Position numbers and translations under genes: made by a program
Origin: Nageia nagi
Lineage: Eukaryota; Plantae; Pinophyta
Assembly (NCBI GenBank): GCA_050084985.1
Contig: JBITNC010000001.1
Span: forward strand, 170,996,001-171,060,000
Direction: 5' to 3'
DNA length: 64,000 nucleotides
Shown: positions 52,818 through 64,000 of the stretch, piece by piece
How positions within the stretch are numbered: the first letter of the stretch is position 1
Layout: each line of letters opens with the position of its first letter
Notes under the pieces: generated by a model
Databases searched by the model: none
What the model saw: the letters and a program-made list of their open reading frames with translations, nothing else
What the model was told of the DNA's origin: nothing

Positions 52818-54993
52818 CTAAAAATCCTCCATTTGGGCTACTCCTGCATCTTCATCGTCATCATCATGGGCATCGTTCCAGTCGTCTTCGACGGGCATGC
52901 AGACATATCTGTGATGGACTTTCCAGTCTAGGGCTTGGCAGGCGCGAGAGCAATAATTCACAGAACTACATGCTGAACATCTTCTGAATTCATGGCGTCT
53001 GGTTTCCGGACGTCCACAATTTTCGTTTGAACACAAACGAAGCCCTGCATCGAGAGGCTGTGAATGAAACCACTCTACAAGAAACTTGTTCGCAATATGC
53101 GGCTCTGCCGGAGGGACGTTGCAGCCAAAATCGCTGAGCAGAGAACAACAAGTCCTTTGAAGAAATGAAAAGACTGGATGCTGCTGCTGAAAGTTATTAT
53201 TGTTTTGTTGCTGTTGCTGATCTGATTCTGAGTCTGAATCCTTCTTGATGTTGCAAATATAGTTTAGGTTTTGTTTATCGGATGAAGAAGTTATTTTGAG
53301 GGCGTTTTGAAGACATGCAAGGGGAGGGGTTATGCCTGCCGCTGCGGCTTCTCTAGCGTTTGCTTCAAGCAATAATCGGCGGCCTTCTGCAATGTTACGT
53401 TGGACGCCGTAACCGTCTTGAAGACAGTGGCCGAGGTCTCTCATGGCGTCTACATGACCTAAGGAAGCTGCTCTTGCGCAAAGAGCTACGCCGGCTTTGA
53501 GATCTTTGTCTTTCTTACTGCCGCCGCTGCCGTTGAATTGAATTACTGCTAAAGAGTGCAAAGCAGCGGCTTGGGAAGCCATGGCCGCCTTTGCCATCAG
53601 AGATGCCCCGCCGCTTCGGTTTCCCAAACAGTAAAATTGAATCTGACATAAACAACGGACGGAAGTCGTAAGGAATTTCGAAAATATTCTACGAATTTGA
53701 GACATCTAAGCTAAATGAAGAAAAATTTATACAAGAAAAGAAAGAAAGTTTGTAAATCTTCTTCGGTTTCCCAAACAGTAAAATCGAATCTGACATAAAC
53801 AACGGATGTAAGTTGTAACAATTTCCAAAATATTTTTCGAATTTGAGACATCTACGCTATTCACAGGAAAATATTCTATGAAAATCTGTGACTAAATAAA
53901 GAAAATAAAGTTTGTAAATTTTCTGCAGACAAAAATTTTTGACAGGAATATATTCTATGAAAATCTGTGACTAAATAAGAGCGAAGTATTTTGCATTTAC
54001 AAGATTTGAAAACTTTCAGGAACCCTATCTTTTCAACCGTCGCTATAACCAAAGCAACAAGGTTTACACTCAATGAAATCTTTTTTTATTATTTTCCATA
54101 CTATTTTGAGGAGTATTATTCCTCGTCTTGCCATGCTGTTGAACTCGAATCGGATCTGAAAGGATTGCGGATGTAGCACAAGATTCAATTGAGCGACTAT
54201 CTATCTTCATCTAGTTAAAAACCTTGACCGAATATCTCCAACCGACCTTTAAAGGAGCTACTCAATAGAGAAATAATGCGCAATATATGAATATTATAGG
54301 CTCATAAATCGAACCTTGAGCGAAAAAGCAGAGGAGCAGAAGCACAATCAATCATGACGCAGTATTTTCTAATTATAGAACAAATGGAATAAAACATAAT
54401 ATATACTTACCATGCCCAAAGTATAACAGGCTTCTAAGTTCCCGACATCTGCGCATCGTCTCATGAAGCGATGTGCTCCCTCCGACCACAGACTCGCTTT
54501 AATCGCCAAAGTTCCCCTTCCAGCCTCTACCAAAACTAATGGATGCATCGCTATAGAGCAAAACCTTCGACACCTGCACATATATTTACAACAAAGAATT
54601 GCAAAGATTAGATAATAATATTTTTTTTCGTTCAAAAATGTGGCTGAACATGATAAAAACTATTACTACTCACGTAAGCATAGCATTGGCGAAATCTGCA
54701 GGAGAAGAAGCGCTGGAACACAAACAGCGGAAAATAGCGATCATAAGATCGTCTGGAAGGCTTTCAAAATGGTCCCGTCTACTTCCGCCGTTGTTCTTAT
54801 CATCATCACATAAATTTTCCAACCGAGTTCTCTTAGAGGACTTGCTATTTATGGAAACCTCTCGAGAAGGAGGAGGTTTTCTTTTCAGTTTGCCTGCTTC
54901 GGCTATCAGAATTCGAGGCTGTATTCTTTTCACACAGACCTCCCTTGTGTGGTTACAAGTCGCCGCCGCATAACTTCCTCTCCTTGTCTGCAT
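52818..54993 (-). CDS. F-box / Sel1-like repeat / zf-MYND protein (At1g67340/At5g50450-like family), 3 exons: 54993-54674, 54573-54411, 53642-52818; 435 aa
   Basis: N-terminus MQTRRGSY; F-box FESLPDDLMIAIF; Sel1-like GNLEACYTLGM|IQFYC, AALHSLAVIQFNGSGG and GHVDAMRDLGHCLQDGYGV; MYND CSNENCGRPETRRHEFRRCSACSSVNYCSRACQALDWK. GT-AG introns of 100 and 768 bp have consistent phases (320+163+825=1308 nt). Confidence 0.95.
53761..53858 (-). repeat. Intronic duplicate of the intron-2/exon-3 junction (copy of 53614-53712), including the AG acceptor
   Basis: cttcggtttcccaaacagtaaaat(c/t)gaatctgacataaacaacgga...gaatttgagacatcta is repeated 147 bp apart. Confidence 0.95.
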
Positions 54994-55091
54994 TCTTCCG
55001 AGCCCTAAAACCAACGATACAAGCCCCAGAAATCTATGGAAAAATTTGGAGCAGTAGGTATCGACTTCAAACTTTTGGATTTGGGGTCTGG

Positions 55092-55100
55092 CTACATCAT
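55092..55100 (-). promoter_or_regulatory. Minimal uORF ATG-ATG-TAG in the predicted 5' UTR
   Basis: Plus-strand ctacatcat reads atgatgtag on the minus strand, between the TATA box and the start codon. Confidence 0.55.
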
Positions 55101-55157
55101 TTTGGAACCTCCAGTTCCTTGTTCTTGTTTTCGGAGTGGATGAAGAGGAGAGACAGG

Positions 55158-55167
55158 TTTTTATATA
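55158..55167 (-). promoter_or_regulatory. TATA box of the F-box/MYND gene
   Basis: TATATAAAAA on the minus strand ~170 bp upstream of the ATG, followed by a pyrimidine-rich tract (ctgtctctcctcttca). Confidence 0.7.
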
Positions 55168-58100
55168 TCTAACCCAACCAACAAGAACAGTGGGAATGTT
55201 TTCGCAATGTGTTGAAGATGAGAAGCAATAGCAAGAATGGAGAAGGGGCAGCGGGGAATTTAAAGGGAGGGAGCAAGTTTCCGCAGCGAAAACATCTAAG
55301 AGTGTAAATCCAATCTATGACGGAGAGCTTATCTCTCCGGTGAAGGGATTTTGGAATTTCACAAATCGACAGCTGAGAGTGGTAAGCAGGCCCGGATTTC
55401 GTGCACGACAGGGGCAAACCCTATTCTATTCTATTCACTATTCTTTCTATACATGGAGCCCGCTTACGTAGGGACACCCTAACAATACGTGATTCATCCA
55501 ACCATCTTCAAACATTAAACACCCCTACAAAAAAAAAAACAAAAAAAAAATACTCCACCTCTCCTCTTTCTCCATATTCACCTAATCTATATCCCTAGCC
55601 ATCTTGGACGAGGTCGGGTTTCCAGATACCAATTTTGTGACGCGTTGAAGGTAAATTGTAGCCGTCTGATGATGTTTCCCAAACGTGGTTGGGTTTTTCA
55701 ACTCCGTTGGGGTTGCCAAGTATCGTTACACATGCCATGTAGTTCTGCGGCCGCGCCGTTTGTCTAAAAGTTTTTATGTCGTCTGTCGGACTTGCCTGAG
55801 CCCGCCCGAGACCCCCGTCCGACCGGCTATTATTTTAACTACAATAATAGTACTGTTAAGCATTTAATGTTGCTTGTAGACCACATGGGCAAGGACTGAG
55901 GTCTGTCTTCTCCCGAGGCATGGTATAGCTAGGGTTAGGAATCTAACTCTGGAGCCTAATCCCGTTTGTGTTCCGTTCGATTCCCGAGGCTTCCTGTGGT
56001 CCAACTTAGTCCCAGGGTGATTGTTTTTTAATCGAATACGTACGGATCTAATTCCGTCAAAAATACCGGCTGCCTTGATTAACTTTTATACGGGAGGTGA
56101 GCTTTTGGGTTTATCGTTTACTGACGGGAAACGATAATATCGTATACTAAAGGACAACAATCATGGACAAGATTTTCAACGCATGAAAATCTACAGGAAA
56201 CCTCAAAAAAAGTTTTACTGCAGGGGGTAATTGGGGTGAAACAACCCCTAAGGCTGGCTTTCGTTGATATTTCATCTCATTACCTAGAGGTTTAGTGATT
56301 TGGTATAATTAAAATATAGTCGCGTTAGAGTGTCCTGCAGTAGGGACCAGGAAAGTCTCTTTCAATATTTCCAAATGTGATTTTTTAAAACCTTGCTACT
56401 TAATTGTCTCGTGCTTGTAAACAAATTCATGTGATTGGTAAGCCTGAGGTTCTGATAACGGTGTTGGGTTCTGCTCTGTGATTGGCTCTGTTAAATTCTT
56501 TGATAAGAGAAGGCCACGACGATGCTTCCTGGACCATGCAAATTTAATAAATGAATGCACTCATATAACCCAAAAAAGAAACAGGAAGACTCACTCCCTT
56601 GGGGGACACACCCACCACTTTTGAGGGAACGGGTATTCCTTGCAATTCATATCCATTATGATTTTTATGACCATGAAAACTTGTCATTCATGATTCAACC
56701 ACGATTGTCAACTGTTGATTTTATTCGTAATAATTGCTGGTGTTCGGCGGTCATTATCAAGAATTCAAATCCATTCTTGCTTCGAGCATCGTAATAAAGA
56801 GAGATTCACAAGCATAGTAAATGATGATGTGCTCACCTGATGTTCATAGCCACGGCACATGTAATGATCGAGGAAATAAATAGGTCCATGGGTTCCAGTC
56901 ATTGGATATGCATAACATGGCGAACTTAATCAGATTTCAATTTCATATATAGAAACCAAGAGAGCCGTAGGAGTACAAAACAAGTACAAATTGAGCCAGC
57001 ATATCTACCTCCGCATCGTCCCCGTGATACATCTTATAGCTTTCATCGGAAAAAAAAAACATTGGCTGTAGAATTGTTGTGGTATTATATAAGTAGAATC
57101 ATTCTGTAATTATTTTTTCATGAAAAAAATTGATTAAATGTTGAATCTGTGACTGTAAAAGATTTTGATGGGTTTCGATTCATCTCTATACAACATCGAT
57201 GATAAATGTACGGGAGGCTGATTCATCTTATTTTTGCGAAAAACTCTTTTGGATAATCGTCCAAGACCATTATGAATAATCACGATTATTCTTAATTTTT
57301 TTTAAATAAGGATACTCGTAAACCTTAATTATAATTAGGGAAAAGGAAAGAGGGGTTTTTTCAACGATCAACATAAATCCACTAGTAATGTATGTCGAAA
57401 CAATGTATGCCTCGAGACGGAGGGGAATTAAGAAAACCCGTATTATAACTCTGTATTAATGTGGTGAATCGTCTTATACGATCTAAAATGTTTCAATTTT
57501 TTGAAACGAGTTACTCACTAACTTACTACCTACTAAAGCAACTGTGAGATCGATTCCAGAATTGGATTTGTTAGGGGAAAGTAAGGGATGGTATCCGTAC
57601 CGCATTCGAATTATCCCCAGTTTTTGGTAGTCAGTTTTGTCTCCTTGTCTGTGTACGTGTCTATGTATCTGTATATGATTGATCAATCAGTTACTGAATT
57701 TGCCTAGAAATTGCACCATAGCGTGTAGTAAGGGTATCTAATTCCCAACTAAACTGCACTTGGCGGGGGGGGCTATATACATAAATCGCGGCCAGCCAGG
57801 CTGCATTTTATTTTGAATCAAATGTCATTCATTAGCAGTACGGGAGAATTGCATGGCCCCATTCTCAATCCATAGTTGGAGTTGATGATTATTCTACTTT
57901 TAAGCCCCCTTACAACTACAAGGACAGCTCTCTAGTAGATGTCATTCCCCTCGGCTAAACCAATTTACTATCCAGTAATTAGGTGCTGTTCGTATCAAAG
58001 AAAAGTTTCAGCAGCACAAAATGCGGTAAATGTCTATCATTATTGTTATCTAGACTGCGTGACATATTTCCCGAATCCCAAACTCACCCCACGTTTACAT

Positions 58101-59241
58101 GATTCCCTCGATTACCCCCCTAAACCAAAAGGTCAAAAAATCACTCTTTTACCTCGATCACAATTTCCCTTATGTCACTCATAGTCCAGTAGGTAACCGA
58201 AATGCATTTTCCTGATCCTTCTACCCCCAATCCAAACTATTCACTAGCTAGCTAGTTGACTGTAAAACAATTGGTTAGGTTAAATAATGTGGTGATAAAA
58301 GAGGGTTTAAGTTGGTCGGCTTTCACCGCCCTACCGCCCCTGACGTTTTAGTGTTTAATTTTGTTAGCATATATTGTTTGTCAGATTGTGTTGGGCAGTT
58401 CAGACAGGTTTACAGTAGCAGGGATAACAGTATTCGCTGGGGCGCATGTTACCTACTTAATCCAGCTAACACATCTGCCTAAAACGTACCTGTAGCCGAT
58501 ACTGGGGCTGACTCATTTTGGACTTATGCACCCACTTATTTATTCATCCTCTGCCACAATCCAAGATTCCCTCCCTTTGCTTCGCATTTAATAATCCAAA
58601 ATTTTTTAACACCCCCTCGATCAAATCCCAAAATCTAACAAGTTAAAAAATGTTTTAGGTTTTTACGCCTTAGAGGGTCAACGGCTTCTAACTTCTTCTT
58701 CTCCACAGCCCGTTGCCGTGACCGCTAACGGGCATCTGTAAGCGGCGGGGAAGAAAAGACTCCGTCGTAAGAAGATCGCGAGCATGACGTCAGAAACGGA
58801 AGCCTGAAAACTCCACTGGCGCTTGATTTGAGTAGAATATTGTTTTTTTCGGTGGAGGGAGGCGCATATGCATAAATGCATATACTATTCTGCACGCTTA
58901 TTGCTGTTACATCTCGTCTACAGTTCACAAAGCTTTGTCATCACCGTTGAATTGAATTGTTTTTTGCAAGCGAATTCCAGAATGGCTGCCATGGCCACGC
59001 CTACCTTCATTACGTGGATTTTTTCATTTGTTTAATTATTTTCCACTCGCTTCACGCGTAAACAAGCCGCTGCCATTGGCGGAGATGAGGAGGAGGGACT
59101 GTTCTACCCAGAAACCCAATTTTGAGGAATAGGTGGGTGAAAAGTGAAAGTGACGAGGCATTCTTTTTCAGGGCTACTTCTACCAGAGTGTGGAAGAAGA
59201 GGGAAAAAGATGCTGCGGAGATGTTGAAAGGGAGGGTTGGC

Positions 59242-59248
59242 ATTTATA
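59242..59248 (-). promoter_or_regulatory. Second TATA-like box (TATAAAT) followed by a CT-rich leader
   Basis: The minus strand reads gtataaatgccaaccctccc...catctttttccctcttcttcc at the distal edge of the CpG island. Confidence 0.45.
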
Positions 59249-60029
59249 CGAGCTTGACTTGCTGAGAGAAATGGCACGATCGTTCCGAGGATGACATGTT
59301 TTTTATGTGGAGGTCATGGGCATTGTTAGCATATTTTTTTTTTTTTTTTGGGGTTGGTAGGAGTGACAAAGTGGATGGGCACTACAATGGCCCCATATAA
59401 TAAGCTAAGGGATTGTTGGGAGAATGCGCACGCCTCAAAAGTAGTAACCTTAGATTCCTTCGTCAATGACGAGCATCAAAATATTTCATCTGGGTGAAAA
59501 ATAATTGGCCTTGTAAATCACCAAGAAAAACTATTACTTAGTTTTAAAACATTAGTTTGCAATGTTATGTGTTGGAGTTAGAGTTGCGGAAGGTTGCTTA
59601 TATGCAATCTTCATAGTTGCAATACATTATATAGCCTATCGTCGAAGTTTTTAGGAGAGGAATATGAATAATTTATTTTCATTAAAATTAATTTCAATAT
59701 TTAATATCATTTTGAAACTATTTAAATATGTTCGTATATTTTTTAATTTTGAAATATTATTTTATTTAATTTTTTATTAAAATATTTATTATTTGGTCTT
59801 TAGTTGAATAAAAGACAAGTGGAATTTTTTTATTTCAATACATTTCTTTCTCACATACATTATTGGTTACTTTGTCAATTTAATTTTTCTTTTTTTTTGT
59901 TTGATTCCAAATTTGAAACATTGTTTTTTTCATCGAAATATTTGTTGTTTGATCATTAGTTGGATAAAAGACAAATGCAATATCCCTTTCTTTGTCTTCT
60001 TTCTTAATGAAATGATATTGAATTTCAAT

Positions 60030-61960
60030 ACATTTTCTTCTCACACACATTACTAAATATTTTGTCATTTTAAATTTTAGTATTTTTTTTTTACATTCCA
60101 AAGCATTTATCTTTATTCAAATGATTTTTTGTTACATCATTGATGGCCTTGCATTTTGCCTGTCTTAAAGATAATGCTACTATTTTATAATATCATTTCT
60201 AAGCCAATTTTTTAGAAGAGGAAAATGAGCATAGGTTTCAATAGACATGTTTATTAGTATTCTAATACATGTTTAGAGATATTTTTGAAATAATATTTTT
60301 TCAATGCCTTTGTTAAGATATTTGTTATTTTGGTCTTTAGACAAAGTAAAATTTCCCTTTCATCATTTGTTCCTTTGTAAAATGACATTGAACTTAATAC
60401 ATTTTCTCGTCACATAAATTACTAGGTTTTTCATTAATTCAAAATATTTATTTTATTCAAATTATCTCTTTGTTACATAGTTCATAGCCTTGTGTTTTAT
60501 ATTTTATCTTTGTTAAAGACAATGTTACTATTTTATAAACTATTCCTAACCCAATATTTTAGAAGAGGAATATGAGCATTTTCATTTAAAAATTAGGTTT
60601 TAGTAGAAATATTTATTACTATTCTAAGGCCACTTTAGAAATATTTTATATTTAAATACATTCTTCTTTCTATGAACTTTGAAATATTCTTTTATTCAAG
60701 TCCTTCATTAAAATATTTGTTATTTCATCTTTAGTTAGATAAGAGACAAGTGTAATTTCCCTTGCTTTGTCTTCTTCCTTAATGAAAGGACATTAACAAA
60801 TTACTTGATATTTTATCAATTCATTTTTTTTTTCATTGCATTCCAAGTTCTACAAGGATTTATCTTATTCAAATTGTCTTTTTGTTAATTCATTCGTGAC
60901 CTTATATTTTTCCTTTATTTAAGACAATGCTACTATTTAATATAGCCTCTTCCTAATAGCTTTACATTTTCTTCTCACACAAATTACTAGATATTTTATC
61001 AATTTAATTTTCATTTTTTTAAAAATTGCATTCCAAGTATTTATCTTATTCAAATTATCTTTTTGTTTCATCATTCATGGCCTTACATTTTGCCTCTCTT
61101 AAAGACAATGTTACTATTTTATAATATCATTTCTAAGCCAATTTTTTAGAAAAGGAAAATGAGCATTTTCATTGAAAAAAATTAGGTTTCAGTAGAAATG
61201 TTTATTTGTATTCTAATACATCTTTAGAAATTTTTTTGAAACATTATTTTTTTCAATGCCTTCATTAAGATATTTGTTATTTTTGTATTTAGTTTGATAT
61301 GAGATAAAGTACAATTTCCCTTTTTTCATCATGTTCCTTTATAAAATGATACTGAGCTTAATAGATTTTCTCTTCACACACATTATTAAGTTCTTCATTA
61401 ATTCAAAATATTTATTTTGTTACATTTTTAGTTCTAGTATGTATCTTATTCAAATTATCTTTTTATTACATAGTTCATGACCTTGTATTTTTTTTTTGGT
61501 TAAAGACAATATTACTATTTTATAAATCATTCGTAACCCAATATTTTAGAAGAGGAATAGGAGCATTTTCATTCAAAAAATTAGGTTTCAATAAAAATAT
61601 TTATTACTATTCTAATACCAATTTAGAAATATTTTATATTTAAATACATTCTTCTTTCTATGAACTTTGAAATATTATTTTATTCAATTCCTTCATCAAA
61701 ATATTTGTTTATTTGTCTTTAATTGGATAAGAGACAAGTGTAATTTCCCTTGCTTTGTCTTCTTCCTTAATGAAAGGACATTGAACTTCAATACATTTTC
61801 TCCTCACATAAATTACTAGATATTTTATCGATTCATTTTTTTTTGTTTTATTCTAAGTTCTTTAAGTATTTATCTTATTCAAATTGTCTTTTTGTTAATT
61901 CATTTATGACCTTACATTTTTCATTTATTAAAGACAACGCTACTATTTTATAATACCATT
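60030..61960 (+). repeat. AT-rich higher-order tandem array: ~0.95-kb unit x2, each with three related subunits
   Basis: The anchor aaga(c/t)aat(g/a)(c/t)tactattt occurs at ~60166, 60513, 60919, 61099, 61500 and 61928. 60032-60940 aligns with 60967-61950. Confidence 0.85.
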
Positions 61961-62182
61961 TCTAATACAAAATTAAATGCATAATATTTAGAATTTGTCT
62001 TCCTCTTTCCAATAGTCTTATCTTACTTCTCACTTCTCTCATAAATTTGAAAAGAAAAATAAATATATAATATATATCTATTTTTATACAAGTTAAGTAA
62101 ATCAAATAATCAATCATTCATATTTATACACAATAAGATTTAATTTACTTTTATCCATATCTTTATTTCATTTTTTTCATTC

Positions 62183-62918
62183 ATTAGTATTGAAAGAGTT
62201 TTTGCATCTTCTATTTTAAATTTCTTCACCATTTCATTTGTATATAATGATTATGAAATTAGAATAATATGTTTTATTTTCTAAAATTTAATATGAAAAT
62301 AATAAATGCTTACTTAGATCTAGAAAAGATTTCTTTAGTTTGTGAACTTAATTTTTTTTAACTTTTTATTCCATTTAGCATTTTTCTAATTATCTAAATA
62401 CCCATTTAAAAATGCATTCTTGATATACATGTTATTCACTTTCTAATCTTTATGTGCACATTTAAATAATAAGATTTTAATGTACGTGTAGAAGGTAAAA
62501 ATAATAATTCACACTAATAAATACAATAAATACATCTACAATATAAGGATTTATTAGTATTGAAAGAGTTTTTCATCTTCTATTTTAAATTTCTTCACCA
62601 TTTCATTTGTATATAATGATTATGAAATTAGAATAATATTTTTTATTTTCCAAAATTCAATATGAAAATAATAATGCTTACTTAGATTCAGAAAAGCTTT
62701 CTTTAATTTGTGAACTTATTTTTTTTGAACTTTTTATTCCATTTAGTATTTTTTTTTTAATTATCTAAATACCCATTTAAAAATACATCCTTGATATACA
62801 TGTAATTCACTTTCTAATCTTTATGTGCACATTTAAATAATAAGATTTTAATGTACATGTAGAAGGTAAAAATAATAATTCACACTAATAAATACAATAA
62901 ATACATCTACAATATAAG
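62183..62918 (+). repeat. 370-bp tandem duplication (x2, high identity)
   Basis: attagtattgaaagagtttt starts at 62183 and 62553, and both copies end tacatctacaatataag. Confidence 0.95.
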
Positions 62919-64000
62919 CACCTAATATGAGAAGCAATGCTCATCATCCTCTTTATCCATTTCTCAAAATAGTAAAGGAGAACAATGTGGATGCCATTTC
63001 AATAATGTTTCCACTCTGTGGATGTCATGTCAATAGTCTCTTCACTACGTGGATGTCATGAGATTCGTAGTATTAAAGTAATAATATGCTATAAATCTTA
63101 GAGCATAACAAATTCTCAAATAGATGGTATCAAGAGACATTATTATGTAATGTAGTCTAGATAACCACCTATCAAAGAGATACAATATGGTTTATTATGT
63201 TGTGTGCCTATTTTTATGCCTGCAAGAAAATAAAAGAGAGTGAGATTTGACTTTAAAATAATGATAATAATCTTAATAGAATTATAGAAGAACATTTAAT
63301 GTTAATGATATTCTCAAGATAATTTTAGATATAAACATGATTAAGAGATTTTAGCCTTGCTTAGCAAATATTTAGCATTTGATTAATGCATTAGTCTTGA
63401 TATTATAAACTTTTATATGATTTAAATATTATATAGCTTATATGCCTAAAATATTATTTATTTATAAATAAGAAATCGTATTTAAGTGTTTACATTTTCC
63501 CTTCTTTGGGCATGTAATGAAAAACATTAAAATTAGTTTTTGGTTAGTAGGAGTAACAAGGTAGATGGGCACTAGAATGGTCCCATATAATAAGCTAAGT
63601 GAATGTTAGGAGAATATGCATGCCTCAAAAGTAGTGACATTAGATTCCTTCATCAATGATGACCATGAAAATATTTCATCTTGGTGAAAACACCTTTTCT
63701 TTGTGAATCATCAAATTTATATGAAAAAAGATATTACTTTGTTTTAAAATAATAGTTTGCAAGGTTCATTTGTTGGAGTTGAGTTCATGAACTTCTCATA
63801 CTCTATTTATGCTATATGAAGGTTGTGGTTGCTTATATACAATGTTCATAGGTCTAAAAAATTATATCTAGTCTAGAAGTCTTTAGAAGAGGAATATGAA
63901 TAATTTATTTTCATTTAAAAAATTTATATTTAATATCTTTTGGAAAATTTTTAACTTCTAGAGGCATTTCCTAGCTATAGCACGGGGGTGGAGTGGAGAG

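Larger units (their letters stand above)
52150..59470. other. CpG-retaining (probably unmethylated) island covering the gene and ~4 kb upstream
   Basis: CG dinucleotides are frequent here (e.g. gcggccgcgccg, cccgcccgag, gatcgcgagc) and rare in 1-52000 and 59700-64000. Confidence 0.75.
59350..63945 (+). repeat. Dispersed direct repeat pair, ~59350-59720 and ~63540-63945
   Basis: gtaggagt(g/a)acaa...gatgggcacta...cccatataataagctaag...cctcaaaagtagt...tagattcctt...gaggaatatgaataatttattttcatt occurs in both. Confidence 0.9.

Noticed and set aside
53643-53705. N-terminus MSQIRRIFSK... of the 295-aa ORF
   Set aside because: This is intronic read-through. Family homology starts at IQFYC after the AG at 53644-53643.
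54599-54973. 124-aa plus-strand ORF (also 52745-52987)
   Set aside because: These are antisense shadows of the F-box gene exons.

Overview
AT-rich, strongly CpG-depleted plant nuclear DNA. The PLS-PPR and retroelement signatures suggest a gymnosperm, probably a conifer (inference). About 52 kb is nested, decayed repeat DNA. It holds a ~7.6-kb near-spacerless inverted repeat (510-8085), a short non-coding LTR element, and a large minus-strand Ty3/gypsy element (~18953-35530) that unusually has two extra gag-like repeats between protease and RT. A deleted Ty1/copia element and a solo LTR are nested inside it. Further right lie a second gypsy fragment, a LINE-like end carrying a non-RT ORF, a gag-protease-only element, two decayed PPR loci and several minisatellites. 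One intact gene is present: a 3-exon, 435-aa F-box/Sel1-like/zf-MYND gene (At1g67340-like family) on the minus strand at 54993-52818, inside a ~7-kb CpG-retaining island. It has a duplicated upstream splice acceptor that would give a truncated product and a minimal ATG-ATG-TAG uORF. The right end is layered tandem duplication. No rRNA, tRNA or CRISPR was found. All alignments and identities are by eye.
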